Shown: positions 9,420 to 19,796 of the stretch, piece by piece | Layout of the letters: every line of letters starts with the position of its first letter | How positions within the stretch are numbered: the stretch's first letter is position 1 | Origin: Gammaproteobacteria bacterium | GTDB lineage: Bacteria > Pseudomonadota > Gammaproteobacteria > G965277405 | Reading direction: 5' to 3' | NCBI GenBank assembly: GCA_965277405.1 | Contig: OZ255726.1 | Span: 1,792,001 to 1,856,000, forward strand | DNA: 64,000 bases | Translations under genes and position numbers: made by a program | Notes under the pieces: model-generated | Database searches by the model: none | The model's input: only the letters and a program-made list of their open reading frames with translations | What the model was told of the DNA's origin: nothing

Positions 9420-11442
9420 ATATTAACTCTAAATTCCATTCAGTAAATGTATCGTCTGCAGTATCAGCGAAGTTATTATTTATGACTTTATTTTCTGCCG
9501 TTGAGATATCTGTTTTTGAAAATAAATCTTTCACAGTAATCATCCAATTCCCTTGAATAGGTTCATCATAAAAGGCATTTACTGCCATGGCAACATTCAT
9601 GGTAAAGGGTGTATTTTCATGCCCATTTCCTGCCGTATACACAGTATACGAAGTTCTAGAGGGAGACTGTAGCGATATTTCTATATCCTGTAAAGCGCTA
9701 GTAACTAACCCGAGTCTGATGCGCAAATGCTTGACGGTTCCAGTGTGAATGACATTGATAGTATCTGTAATTCCGTTAATGTTTTTGTTGCTTACAATAC
9801 TGTTCAATATTCCAGATGTTAACGCATCAGACTGCAACTGTTCTTTGCTAATAAAGTTGGTGTATGCACGTGCCATTGCTAATGCAGCGTCCACGTCTGC
9901 CAAACCGAAACCATACCAGTCGCTATAGTGATAGCCTGCAGCATTGGTAACCCAACCACGGTTGAATGTATAGCTCCCAAGCTGCTTATCAATGGTATAC
10001 TGGGTGGCGGTTTCATAACCTCTATCAATTTTTTTTGCTGTTTTTGCCAGAATATGACGGATGTCAAAGATCGTAAGCTCTGGGTTTTGTGACAGCAATA
10101 GCGCTACAACGCCAGATATTGTTGGCGTCGCAGCCGACGTTCCATTCGCCGTGCTCGTATAATTACAATCTGGGTTTTTATCATTGGCATGGTGCGCGCT
10201 ATTTGTAGGCCATACATAATCAAACTCGTTGAGCGAAGGGATATCAGTATGATCTTGATTTTCTCCATAATTTTCCCTGCTGTTGCCGTAGGTACAGCCC
10301 ATTAAGTCGGTAGTTATGATCGCTGGGTAACCGCTATAGGTAAAATCAGGGGAATTATCTCCTGCGCGTAATGTATAGCGGGTTTTCGCTAGCCCAAACT
10401 CACCGCCATAGCCACTGATCCATATATTGCTGCCAGCAGTCGAATAGCTCGATCGGATATTTTTCGTATTTACGGCTGCCACAACAAGAATCAGCTGACT
10501 GTTACTATCATCTTCGCCTGAATATTCACAACTAGAGCCAATTGCGATAGCACGAGTACAATTTTTTGGCTGATTATTATTATTCGAGTATCCTAGCAGG
10601 TATCCGTTACCTGCCGCCTTGACAAAAATAGTGCCGCGACCGCCGCGACCATTTTGAATTCTTTCCGCATAATTCTCATGAGATGATGAAGGAAATACCG
10701 CTGGAGCATTAAACGTATAACTTTGATTGACTACATCTGCAATTGCAAATGAAGCAATTTCATTCACAGTGCTTTGATACGACACATAGTTATAGCCAAG
10801 TAATTTTACTGATGGGGCAACGCCAAGTCCGCCTATTTGGTTATCAACCATGGCAATTATCCCTGCGACTATTGTGCCGTGTGATGCTGGTTTATCAGAG
10901 TCTGTTGCTGGCGATGGGTCAAGATTGCCACCAATTCCATCTGCAAAGTCATCTCCTATACGGGCATCAATATTCGCAGCGATATCAGGATGATGAATCT
11001 GTAACCCATTATCAACAACGGCGACTACCACACCTTGTCCTTTGCAGCCATATGTACGCCATGTTTTTGATAGATTCAATCCAAGTGGTTGCTTAAATAC
11101 ATTTGTATTCATCCCGAAATCAGTTTGTTCGGTGCTGCCACTTAAATGCCATTGATACTTTTCTAGCGGGTTGGTGTTTTCTTGAGAGACGGGATGGTGT
11201 GGCGTGCAATTACTTGTATGCAGTGATGGACTATCGACTGCATGTGTATCGGTTGCATGTGTATCGGTTGCATGTATTGTGCTGTCTGTCAGTATCGTTT
11301 TTTCTCCCTCGCATGCTGTTATTATTACCAGCATACATAGCAATACAGGCAGTTTAGTTATACTATGCAACCAACGCTCCATTCGCGGCAGAGACATACA
11401 CACACCATTCTCAAAATTGATATTAGTGATAATAACACGCAA
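9406..11442 (-). CDS. kexin/subtilisin-like S8 serine protease with C-terminal P-domain, probable lipoprotein
   Basis: Catalytic VVDNG, HGTIVAG, AAGNG, GTSAATP; YGFGLAD; P-domain (LQSPS...GNWMITVKD); IITAC lipobox-like. Start uncertain. Confidence 0.9.
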   Translation of the reverse strand: MRVIITNINFENGVCMSLPRMERWLHSITKLPVLLCMLVIITACEGEKTILTDSTIHATDTHATDTHAVDSPSLHTSNCTPHHPVSQENTNPLEKYQWHLSGSTEQTDFGMNTNVFKQPLGLNLSKTWRTYGCKGQGVVVAVVDNGLQIHHPDIAANIDARIGDDFADGIGGNLDPSPATDSDKPASHGTIVAGIIAMVDNQIGGLGVAPSVKLLGYNYVSYQSTVNEIASFAIADVVNQSYTFNAPAVFPSSSHENYAERIQNGRGGRGTIFVKAAGNGYLLGYSNNNNQPKNCTRAIAIGSSCEYSGEDDSNSQLILVVAAVNTKNIRSSYSTAGSNIWISGYGGEFGLAKTRYTLRAGDNSPDFTYSGYPAIITTDLMGCTYGNSRENYGENQDHTDIPSLNEFDYVWPTNSAHHANDKNPDCNYTSTANGTSAATPTISGVVALLLSQNPELTIFDIRHILAKTAKKIDRGYETATQYTIDKQLGSYTFNRGWVTNAAGYHYSDWYGFGLADVDAALAMARAYTNFISKEQLQSDALTSGILNSIVSNKNINGITDTINVIHTGTVKHLRIRLGLVTSALQDIEISLQSPSRTSYTVYTAGNGHENTPFTMNVAMAVNAFYDEPIQGNWMITVKDLFSKTDISTAENKVINNNFADTADDTFTEWNLELIYDPS
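11239..11275. repeat. 15-bp in-frame tandem repeat (THATD) in protease linker
   Basis: TGCATGTGTATCGGT x2 plus partial third. Confidence 0.85.
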
Positions 11443-11551
11443 TGCTGTACGTATGTGCTCATACTTGATATAAAGTTACTTTGAATATACAAACCATACA
11501 CAATGGGACGTAATCAGAGGTTACATCGGCATAATTATCGGTATCGGCAAA

Positions 11552-11841
11552 GGAAGCTCTGATTAATGCCATGACTGGCGAGACGGAGAGAAAACACTGA
11601 TGAAACTTAAGCGCAGTGTGCAGATAATACTGGTGGTCTTGTGGGTGTTGCCAAGTGCAGTAACGACGGCGCGCAGCGTTTTTTCCCGTCGTTGTGTTGA
11701 ATATACTTTGGGTTTGCGGCAATTGCTTACGCTTGCTGTGTTGCATCCCTTGGCGTATATGCTACGGCATGCGCTTAGCGGTTTGCAATCATCAGCAATT
11801 GCAGGCAAATTCGCTCCATCAGCGAGTTAATCAGAGCTTCA
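11552..11841 (+). mobile_element. MITE copy (IS5-type TIRs), 290 bp
   Basis: GGAAGCTCTGATTAA ... TTAATCAGAGCTTC; interior homologous to the other copies. Confidence 0.9.
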
Positions 11842-11958
11842 TAAAGTAACTGACGCTATCGCAGCTCGTTGCATTTAACTTGTGATTCAACTTGTGATTT
11901 AATTGGGGCGCTTGCAAATCCTTAGCACTGACCATACTATTCATTTTTTTCTCTGTTA

Positions 11959-13203
11959 TTGATATTGCCTGTGCGACTACTTATTCTCCTTACCATTATT
12001 GCCTACAGTAGCACTACTGCAGCGCAACGCATCAACAGTATCGCCATCATTATCAATGACCACGCAATTTTGCAAACCACATACGCTGCACAACTGCAAC
12101 GCAACACAACTCTTTGGCAACGGCTCAACCCTGACAAGCAAGCTGATGCATTGCTGCTCAAAGAACAAACTATACGTAATATTGTTGAAACTCAAATTCA
12201 ACTCGAAGAAGCCAAGCGGATTGGCATTCGTGTTCCAGATAGCGCCATCAACGAACAACTCAATGCAATTGCCCTACGCGAAAACCTGACTCCAGCAGAG
12301 CTGCAACAACACATTATTAAAGAGTTCGGCTCCATTTTAAATTATCGCAAAGACCTGCAAAATAGTATTGTGATACAGGAGCTGCAACGGATCCACATTC
12401 GCCAACGCATCACTATTTCAGATGCCGAAATTCGCAGTTTTTTAGCAACTACTGCTGGGCGATCTGTCGCTAATTTACAATATTCGTTTAGCTACGTGCG
12501 CATACCAAAAGCTGCCAATGATAAACAGAATATATATCAACAAATCAGTGATATCCTGCATGAAGATGCAACAGTAGCGCAACGGCAAGCAACGCTGGGC
12601 AGCCTTGATGTATTCAGCAAGTATTTTGAAAAACGCCCACTTGCCGACATCCCAACTGTTATCCAAGACATTGTTCCGCTGCAATCACTCAATACAATAT
12701 CGCCACCAATCAAGAATGACCGCGGTTGGCATATTATTCAAGTACAGGAAATCGGCGGGATTACTCCTAAATTTGAAGAACAAATACATACACGCCATAT
12801 TTTACTAATCCCAAATATCGTGCGTGATGATGCGCAAATTCGACTCCAACTTGAGGAGATTCGCAACAGTATTCAACAAGGTGGAGACTTTGCTGAAAGT
12901 GTGTATTTAAACAGCGATGATAGCCAGTCAAGGCATAATGGTGGTGATTTAGGCTGGAAGCCGTACAACGCAAAGTTTGCATCAATTACATCAACTTTAC
13001 CAATTGGCGTTATCAGTGAGCCATTTGCAACCAACATTGGCTGGCATATTGCAGAAGTACTCGGCAGAAAAAAAATAGACATTAGTGTCGATCAAGAATT
13101 TCAGAGCATTCGTGAATTATTATTCAAGCAAAAACTTGCCGACGAGTTGCCCAGGTGGATAAACGAGCTCAAAGGCCGCGCATATATTGACATCCGTGTA
13201 TAA
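11959..13203 (+). CDS. surA: periplasmic chaperone / PPIase SurA
   Basis: SurA N-domain, parvulin HTRHILL...SDDSQS..GGDLGW..GWHI; upstream of rsmA. Confidence 0.88.
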   Translation: MILPVRLLILLTIIAYSSTTAAQRINSIAIIINDHAILQTTYAAQLQRNTTLWQRLNPDKQADALLLKEQTIRNIVETQIQLEEAKRIGIRVPDSAINEQLNAIALRENLTPAELQQHIIKEFGSILNYRKDLQNSIVIQELQRIHIRQRITISDAEIRSFLATTAGRSVANLQYSFSYVRIPKAANDKQNIYQQISDILHEDATVAQRQATLGSLDVFSKYFEKRPLADIPTVIQDIVPLQSLNTISPPIKNDRGWHIIQVQEIGGITPKFEEQIHTRHILLIPNIVRDDAQIRLQLEEIRNSIQQGGDFAESVYLNSDDSQSRHNGGDLGWKPYNAKFASITSTLPIGVISEPFATNIGWHIAEVLGRKKIDISVDQEFQSIRELLFKQKLADELPRWINELKGRAYIDIRV

Positions 13204-13233
13204 CAATAGCGACTCATCAAAGCTTCCCTCTAA

Positions 13234-13524
13234 GGAACCTCTGATTAAGTCCATGATGGGCGAGACGGAGAAAAAACGCTGATGAAACTTAAGCGCAGTG
13301 CGCAGATAATACTGGTGGTCTTGTGGGTGTTGCCAAGTGCTGCAACGACGGCGCGCAGCGTTTTTTCCCAGCCTTCTGTTGAATATATAACGGTTTGCGG
13401 CAGCGGTACTTGCTGTGTTGCATCCCTTGGCGTATAGCTAGGTCATGCGCTCAGCGATTTGCGCCTTGCAATCATCAGCAATTGCTAGCAAACTCGCCCC
13501 ATCAGCGAGTTAATCAGAGCTTCC
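13234..13524 (+). mobile_element. MITE copy, 291 bp, CTAA target-site duplication
   Basis: CTAA-GGAACCTCTGATTAAG ... TTAATCAGAGCTTCC-CTAA. Confidence 0.93.
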
Positions 13525-13536
13525 CTAAGCTGGCGT

Positions 13537-14289
13537 ATGCGACCACACAAAGCATTAGGGCAACACTTTTTAATTGATACGAATGTTATAGACGATTTGG
13601 TAGCCCATATCCACCCACAACCTGAAGAACAGATATTAGAGATAGGCGCAGGTACTGGGGCGCTTACTCAAGCATTATTGCGCCAAAAAGCACATATTGT
13701 TGCAATAGAGTTTGACCAGCGCCTGGTGCAGTTACTTATCCATAAATATGCTGGTTCTCGCTGCTCAATTGTAGCTGCAAACGCCCAGACATTTGACTAT
13801 GCGCAACATCAAATCAGCCACATTGTTGGAAATTTACCGTATAATATTGCCAGCCAAATTATTTTACAAATGCTCCCAACACCACACTGGCAGCGGGCAA
13901 CATTCCTCGTTCAATATGAAATGGCAACCAGACTTTGTGCTGAGCCAAACAACAAAAATTTTGGCAGATTTACCCTGATGTGTAGATTTTGGTGCTCTGC
14001 AAAACGCATTTTTGATGTAGCTGCCGAATCATTTAACCCCGCACCAAAAGTCAATTCTTCAGTTGTAGAATTGACCGCGCAACGTGTATATGATCCAGAT
14101 TTGTATCAGCAATTTGCCTTATTGGTGAAAACTGGATTTAGTAGCCGCCGTAAGATAGTAGCTAATACTTTACGGATAATTGCATCTGTAGATCAGTTGA
14201 AATCGGTCGACATTGACCCAAGCCTCCGCGCTGAAAACATTCCATTTGAGGGTTGGTATCAACTCGCAAAACTGTTGCATAGCGCCTAA
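13537..14289 (+). CDS. rsmA: 16S rRNA adenine dimethyltransferase
   Basis: KALGQHFL, EIGAGTG, VGNLPYNI, PAPKVNS, LRAE. Confidence 0.95.
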   Translation: MRPHKALGQHFLIDTNVIDDLVAHIHPQPEEQILEIGAGTGALTQALLRQKAHIVAIEFDQRLVQLLIHKYAGSRCSIVAANAQTFDYAQHQISHIVGNLPYNIASQIILQMLPTPHWQRATFLVQYEMATRLCAEPNNKNFGRFTLMCRFWCSAKRIFDVAAESFNPAPKVNSSVVELTAQRVYDPDLYQQFALLVKTGFSSRRKIVANTLRIIASVDQLKSVDIDPSLRAENIPFEGWYQLAKLLHSA

Positions 14290-14374
14290 AACATTTTGCA
14301 TAATGCTCTGCCATACTGGCTGTTTTTAGTATAATTTATCAGCTAGTACGTACCATATATATCTGCTATCATTT

Positions 14375-15229
14375 ATGAATTTAAGCAACCAACGCCACTT
14401 CATCATCGGTGATATCCAAGGCTGTTATGACGCGATGTGCACCGCGCTTGAGGCAGTAGGCTTTTGTAAGCAAACAGACTGCCTTTGGTGCATTGGTGAT
14501 GTCGTCAACCGTGGTGGTCAATCATTACAAGTGCTTGAATACCTCTATCATTTACCCAATCGACGCTTGGTACTTGGCAACCACGATATCCACTTGCTTA
14601 GATTGTGGAAAACAGGAATAACCCCACCACATAAGGATCGTGAATTAACAGCAATCCTTGCTAGCCCAAACCGTAAAGTATTATTGAAATGGTTGTTGCA
14701 ACAACCGCTGATTCACAGCGAAGTCATCGCTGCTAAAACCCATACGATGGTGCATGCAGGTTGGCCACCAATCTGGTCACTGGAGCAAGCCCAACAGTAC
14801 GCAGCGCAACTCCAAACCCATTTGCAGCAATTATCAGCACAAGGTTGGGTCAATATTTGGGGAAATTCACCAGCGCGATTCGCCGATGCCGACAGCAAAA
14901 AAAAACAAATGCGCTACATCCTCAATGCTTTAACCAGAATTCGTTATGTACAAGCAAATGGTACATTACAGCTCAGCAGCAGACGCTACACGCTGCAATT
15001 TAGCGCGTTTCGATCATGGTTTCACTTTCCACTGCGCACCAATTGCGATTACGTGTATTTTGGACATTGGGCAGCGTTGCAACGCGCGATAGGTATTAAT
15101 AAAGAAGATGTGATTTATCATGGAGCCACCAAGTTTACTGGGACGGATAGCGGCTATGTATGGGGAGGCAAGTTAACGATCATCAATATGCAAACCCAGG
15201 AAGTATTCAACATAGCTGCAAAAAAATAA
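14375..15229 (+). CDS. apaH: symmetrical bis(5'-nucleosyl)-tetraphosphatase
   Basis: GDIQGC, GDVVNRG, LGNHD, VHAG, FGHWAAL, DSGYVWGGKLT. Confidence 0.93.
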   Translation: MNLSNQRHFIIGDIQGCYDAMCTALEAVGFCKQTDCLWCIGDVVNRGGQSLQVLEYLYHLPNRRLVLGNHDIHLLRLWKTGITPPHKDRELTAILASPNRKVLLKWLLQQPLIHSEVIAAKTHTMVHAGWPPIWSLEQAQQYAAQLQTHLQQLSAQGWVNIWGNSPARFADADSKKKQMRYILNALTRIRYVQANGTLQLSSRRYTLQFSAFRSWFHFPLRTNCDYVYFGHWAALQRAIGINKEDVIYHGATKFTGTDSGYVWGGKLTIINMQTQEVFNIAAKK

Positions 15230-15320
15230 CCCACAGTGAAGCTCTGATTAACATGTTACTGTAGCCGCGTAGATATCAATGTTGGGTGCTTGCGGCTGCA
15301 ATACAGCGGATGGTCATAGC

Positions 15321-18300
15321 TTAACTGGCTTGTTGCAATGGCAAACTAACAAATGTTGACAGCAACTGTTGCTGTGCTATTCCATGAGGACGGACAAGAA
15401 AAAAATGTGGAGAATATAGTTTAAACCGCTTCAATATATCACCAACAATTCCACACCCAGTTGCATGGTGATAGGCATGCAGTGAATCGAGTAAATATTG
15501 CTGATGTTCACCCACAGGCACTGGCTCACCAACCACATCTTGCACGTTTAGGCGTTGTTGTAAGTCCTGATTGACATCCCAAACATACGCAAAACCACCA
15601 CTCATCCCCGCGCCAAAGTTATCGCCAACACCTCCCATAACAATAACACTGCCGCCAGTCATATATTCACAGCAGTGATCACCAGCACCAAGAATAACGG
15701 CATGTGCTCCAGAATTACGCACTGCAAACCGCTCTCCAGCAAGCCCTGTTACGTATAAAGTGCCGCCAGTTGCTCCATACAGACAGGTGTTCCCTATAAT
15801 CGGTGTTTCATGGGTTTTGTCGTTTTTCAATGCAACAACAGCCACGCTACCACCAGTCATCCCCTTGCCGACATAGTCATTGGCGCAACCCGTTAAATGC
15901 AACCGCATTCCACTGACATTCCATGCGCCAAAACTCTGTCCTGCCACGCCAGTAAAGTGCAAATATAGCGGCGCATGAGCCATGCCGTGGTTGCCATGGA
16001 GTTTGGCAATATCACCTGCAAGCATTGCCCCAATCGAACGATGCGCATTGTGTATGGTGTATGAGAACGTACCTCCCAAACAATTCGCAACGGCATGTTG
16101 GGTATCTGCAGCTATTCGCTTTGCCAATAGCGCTTGATCTTTTGGTTCATTAAACGGTAATGTGTGGGGTTGATCGCAAAACTGCGGTGTTGATTTTGGG
16201 CAATAATCCTCAATTAAAAGTCGACCTAAATCAATATTGCGCTGGCTGTTGGTGTGTCCTGGAATTTGCTCTAGCAGTTCAACCTTACCGATAATTTCCT
16301 GCAAATTTGTATAGCCAAGTGCTGCCAGCCATTCCCGCGTTTCTTGCGCGATTGATTGAAATAAAAATACCACTGCGGCTACGGTACCTTTGAAGTAATC
16401 CTCGCGCAAACGCTCCTGCTGGGTGGCGATGCCCGTTGCGCAATTATTTAAATGACAAATGCGCAAGTATTTGCAACCCATTGCAATCATTGGTGCTGTC
16501 CCAAACCCAAAGCTTTCAGCACCAAGAATTGCCGCTTTAACCACATCTAGTCCTGTTTTTAGACCACCGTCGGTTTGTAAGCGGACACGGTGGCGCATCC
16601 CGTTGATTCTGAGTGCTTGGTGGGTCTCGCTCAAGCCGAGTTCCCACGGTGTTCCTGCGTGATGAATTGATGTGAGCGGACTAGCGCCAGTGCCACCATC
16701 GTAGCCTGAAATAGTAATTAAATCCGCATACGATTTTGCCACGCCACAGGCGACTGTGCCGACACCTGGCGCCGCCACAAGTTTTACCGAAACCAGCGCG
16801 CTTGGATTGACCTGTTTTAAATCAAATATAAGTTGCGCTAAATCCTCAATAGAATAAATATCATGATGCGGAGGGGGGGAAATCAATGTTATCCCCGGCA
16901 CGCTGTAGCGAAGTTTTGCTATCAGTGAATTTACTTTAGGGCCAGGGAGCTGCCCGCCTTCACCAGGCTTTGCACCTTGTGCTATTTTAATTTGAATTAC
17001 TTCTGCATTGACAAGATACGCGGCGGTAACGCCAAAACGCCCCGATGCAACTTGCTTGATTTTTGAGCGTCGCGGGCTGTTATGCCGCTGTGGGTCTTCT
17101 CCGCCTTCTCCAGAATTTGACCTGCCTCCAATAATATTCATGGCTTGTGCAAGCATTTGATGTGCTTCTGGTGATAATGCACCAAGTGACATTGCTGCTG
17201 AATCAAAGCGCCACAGAATATCTGCAATAGGCTCTACTGTGGCAATATCGATGGCTGCTGTATTGCTACGTAATTTGAGTAAATCACGCAGGAATGCTGG
17301 ATTGCGGGTGTTGACTGCGTTTGCATACTCTTGGTATAACGCTGCATCTTGCGACGCCGTAGCTTTGCGCAGCAACTCAACCACATCAGGGTTATACGCA
17401 TGGTATTCACCACCATGGATGTATTTGAGTTTGCCCCCTTGTTCTAATGGTCGGTGTTGCAAATATGCTAATGCCGCAATACTGCGAGCGTTGCGGTCTA
17501 GTTGTAACCAATGCGAACCTTGAATCCGACTCGCGCTACCTCTAAAACAATCGCTTACTACTTCTTGGTCTAACCCAATAATTTCAAATAACTGCGCACA
17601 GCGATAAGAAGCAACGCATGAAATCCCCATTTTCGACATTATTTTCAGCAGTCCCTTATTAATAGCTTTAATAAAGTTTTGCTCACCATTTGCTTCAGTT
17701 TTCTGTGTTGTGGAAATCAACCCTAAGCGCATCGAAGTAGATTGTCGCACCATTGCATACGCTAAATACGGATATATCAAACTTGCGCCATAGCCGATCA
17801 GCACTGCGCATTGATGCGGGTCACGAGCATAGCCAGTTTCTACCACAATATTGGCGTCGGCGCGCACATGTTCATCTACCAAGTGATGGTTGATCGCGCC
17901 AACTGCAAGGAGCGGATGAATCAACGCCTCAGTTTGTTTGACTTTGCGGTCACTGATAATCAGCACGACTGCCTTGTTGTGGCGAACCCTATACGCTGCT
18001 TCGTCGCGTAAATTATGCACGGCATCGCGTAGCTTCATTTTTTGTGGGTTATACGCCAAACTAAGTTTGGCAACTTTCAAATACTGTTGCCGCTTAATTG
18101 CACGGATTTGTTGTGGATTGATTATCGGAGAATCAAAAGAAATAAAATCTACAGCGTCATGAATGTCAAATACTTGCCGCATGCGCCCAAGCGTAGTATC
18201 GAGCGACATTACTTTTGTTTCGCGCAAAGAATCGATGGCAGGATTAGTGATTTGTGCAAACAATTGCCGAAAATAATCACTCAACAATTGGTTTTTTTCA

Positions 18301-19796
18301 GACATTACTGCCAGTGGGGTATCGTCACCCATCGCCCCTGTCGCTTCTTCGCCAGTGCCCACTAATGGCGTAAAGACTTGTTCAACTTCCTCATATGTAC
18401 ATTGAAATAATTTTTGATAGGCGTGCAGATTTTGTGTGACATCGTCTAGCTTGTCTGGTTTACCAAGCTTGAGCTCTTTCTTGTCTGTGTCGAGTAATTT
18501 TTGGTAGTCGTGGGCAGCAGCAAGCTGCGCATCGATGGCAGTAGTGGTCAATATCTCACCAGTTTTAGTGTCAATTGCGAGCATTTCTCCAGGACCAATG
18601 CGACCTTGTTGCACAAGGTCTGCCAATGCAAAGCGATTAACCCCAATCTCAGAAGCAATCGTCATAATATCATCGTTGGTACGTACCCAACGCGCCGGAC
18701 GCAAACCGTTGCGGTCCAATGCACACACCGCATATCTGCCATCGGTGAACACCAGCCCAGCTGGTCCATCCCACGGCTCCATTTTAAGGGAGTTAAATAC
18801 GTGGAAGGCGCGAACTGCAGGGCTATAATCTTGGTTATTTTGCCATGCTGGCGGTACAATCATGCGCACCGCTTGCAACATATTCATCCCGCCATGTACT
18901 AATAAGCGTAGTAGCTGGTCGATTGATGCTGAGTCTGAACAATCCTCGCGCACCAGCGGTTCGAGTTCTTCAATCTCACCAAGTTTGCTTGAAATAAACT
19001 TGCGTAATTTTGACTTTACCCAGTTTCTATTGCCAGTAATCGTATTAATTTCACCGTTGTGGGCAAGAAAATGAAACGGCTGTGCTAAATCCCAACTCGG
19101 CGAAGTATTCGTAGAAAACCGTTGGTGGAATAAACAAATTGCGGTCTCCATATCAGGACTTTGCAAGTCTTGATAATACAAAGGAAGATCTGCTGGCAAG
19201 GTTAGCCCTTTGTATGACAGCACTTTGGATGAAAAACTTGCAACATAGAAGTCAATATCGCGGCGTTTGCTATTTTGCCCAATAATTTTTTGCGCTTTGC
19301 GCACAATTTTGTATAACTGGCATTCAAATGCGGCGCGGTCAGTTTGTCTGGTATCCACAAATGCCTGCATCACCTTTGGCTCATTGATTTTAGCCATTGA
19401 TCCCAGCACCGATGGATCAACAGGCACTGCACGCCAGCCAACAAAGTTAATCAATGATTCCTTGGCTATTTCACGTTCAAATTGGCGTTGTGACAGGCGA
19501 AACATCGCGCCATCGCTGCTAAAAAAAATCATGCCAACAGCAAACATTGGTTGCAAGGCAACGCCAAACAAGGTTTGCGCTTGCCCACGCATAAATTTTT
19601 CAGGCATCTGCATTAATAAACCACAGCCATCGCCGGTTTTACCGTCTGCATTTACTCCACCGCGGTGGGTCACGCAGGTGAGTGAGGCCATCGAGCGCTG
19701 TAGCAACGCATTACTTGGCTGACCCTGTAAATGAACCATAACCCCAAAACCACAATTGGCTTTGGCTTGGTCGTGACTGTATAACGGATTACTCAT
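15321..19796 (-). CDS. gltB: glutamate synthase large subunit
   Basis: N-terminal CGFG, HRGG, HQRFSTNT, QGAKPGEGGQL, CHLNNC, GXGXG C-terminal domain. Confidence 0.97.
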   Translation of the reverse strand: MSNPLYSHDQAKANCGFGVMVHLQGQPSNALLQRSMASLTCVTHRGGVNADGKTGDGCGLLMQMPEKFMRGQAQTLFGVALQPMFAVGMIFFSSDGAMFRLSQRQFEREIAKESLINFVGWRAVPVDPSVLGSMAKINEPKVMQAFVDTRQTDRAAFECQLYKIVRKAQKIIGQNSKRRDIDFYVASFSSKVLSYKGLTLPADLPLYYQDLQSPDMETAICLFHQRFSTNTSPSWDLAQPFHFLAHNGEINTITGNRNWVKSKLRKFISSKLGEIEELEPLVREDCSDSASIDQLLRLLVHGGMNMLQAVRMIVPPAWQNNQDYSPAVRAFHVFNSLKMEPWDGPAGLVFTDGRYAVCALDRNGLRPARWVRTNDDIMTIASEIGVNRFALADLVQQGRIGPGEMLAIDTKTGEILTTTAIDAQLAAAHDYQKLLDTDKKELKLGKPDKLDDVTQNLHAYQKLFQCTYEEVEQVFTPLVGTGEEATGAMGDDTPLAVMSEKNQLLSDYFRQLFAQITNPAIDSLRETKVMSLDTTLGRMRQVFDIHDAVDFISFDSPIINPQQIRAIKRQQYLKVAKLSLAYNPQKMKLRDAVHNLRDEAAYRVRHNKAVVLIISDRKVKQTEALIHPLLAVGAINHHLVDEHVRADANIVVETGYARDPHQCAVLIGYGASLIYPYLAYAMVRQSTSMRLGLISTTQKTEANGEQNFIKAINKGLLKIMSKMGISCVASYRCAQLFEIIGLDQEVVSDCFRGSASRIQGSHWLQLDRNARSIAALAYLQHRPLEQGGKLKYIHGGEYHAYNPDVVELLRKATASQDAALYQEYANAVNTRNPAFLRDLLKLRSNTAAIDIATVEPIADILWRFDSAAMSLGALSPEAHQMLAQAMNIIGGRSNSGEGGEDPQRHNSPRRSKIKQVASGRFGVTAAYLVNAEVIQIKIAQGAKPGEGGQLPGPKVNSLIAKLRYSVPGITLISPPPHHDIYSIEDLAQLIFDLKQVNPSALVSVKLVAAPGVGTVACGVAKSYADLITISGYDGGTGASPLTSIHHAGTPWELGLSETHQALRINGMRHRVRLQTDGGLKTGLDVVKAAILGAESFGFGTAPMIAMGCKYLRICHLNNCATGIATQQERLREDYFKGTVAAVVFLFQSIAQETREWLAALGYTNLQEIIGKVELLEQIPGHTNSQRNIDLGRLLIEDYCPKSTPQFCDQPHTLPFNEPKDQALLAKRIAADTQHAVANCLGGTFSYTIHNAHRSIGAMLAGDIAKLHGNHGMAHAPLYLHFTGVAGQSFGAWNVSGMRLHLTGCANDYVGKGMTGGSVAVVALKNDKTHETPIIGNTCLYGATGGTLYVTGLAGERFAVRNSGAHAVILGAGDHCCEYMTGGSVIVMGGVGDNFGAGMSGGFAYVWDVNQDLQQRLNVQDVVGEPVPVGEHQQYLLDSLHAYHHATGCGIVGDILKRFKLYSPHFFLVRPHGIAQQQLLSTFVSLPLQQAS

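Noticed and set aside
11459-11830. 60-95 aa ORFs within MITE copies (also at 13395, 28356, 41494, 48475, 58703) as real genes
   Set aside because: Frames and lengths differ between copies, indels are not frame-preserving, and there is no RBS; treated as repeat-derived
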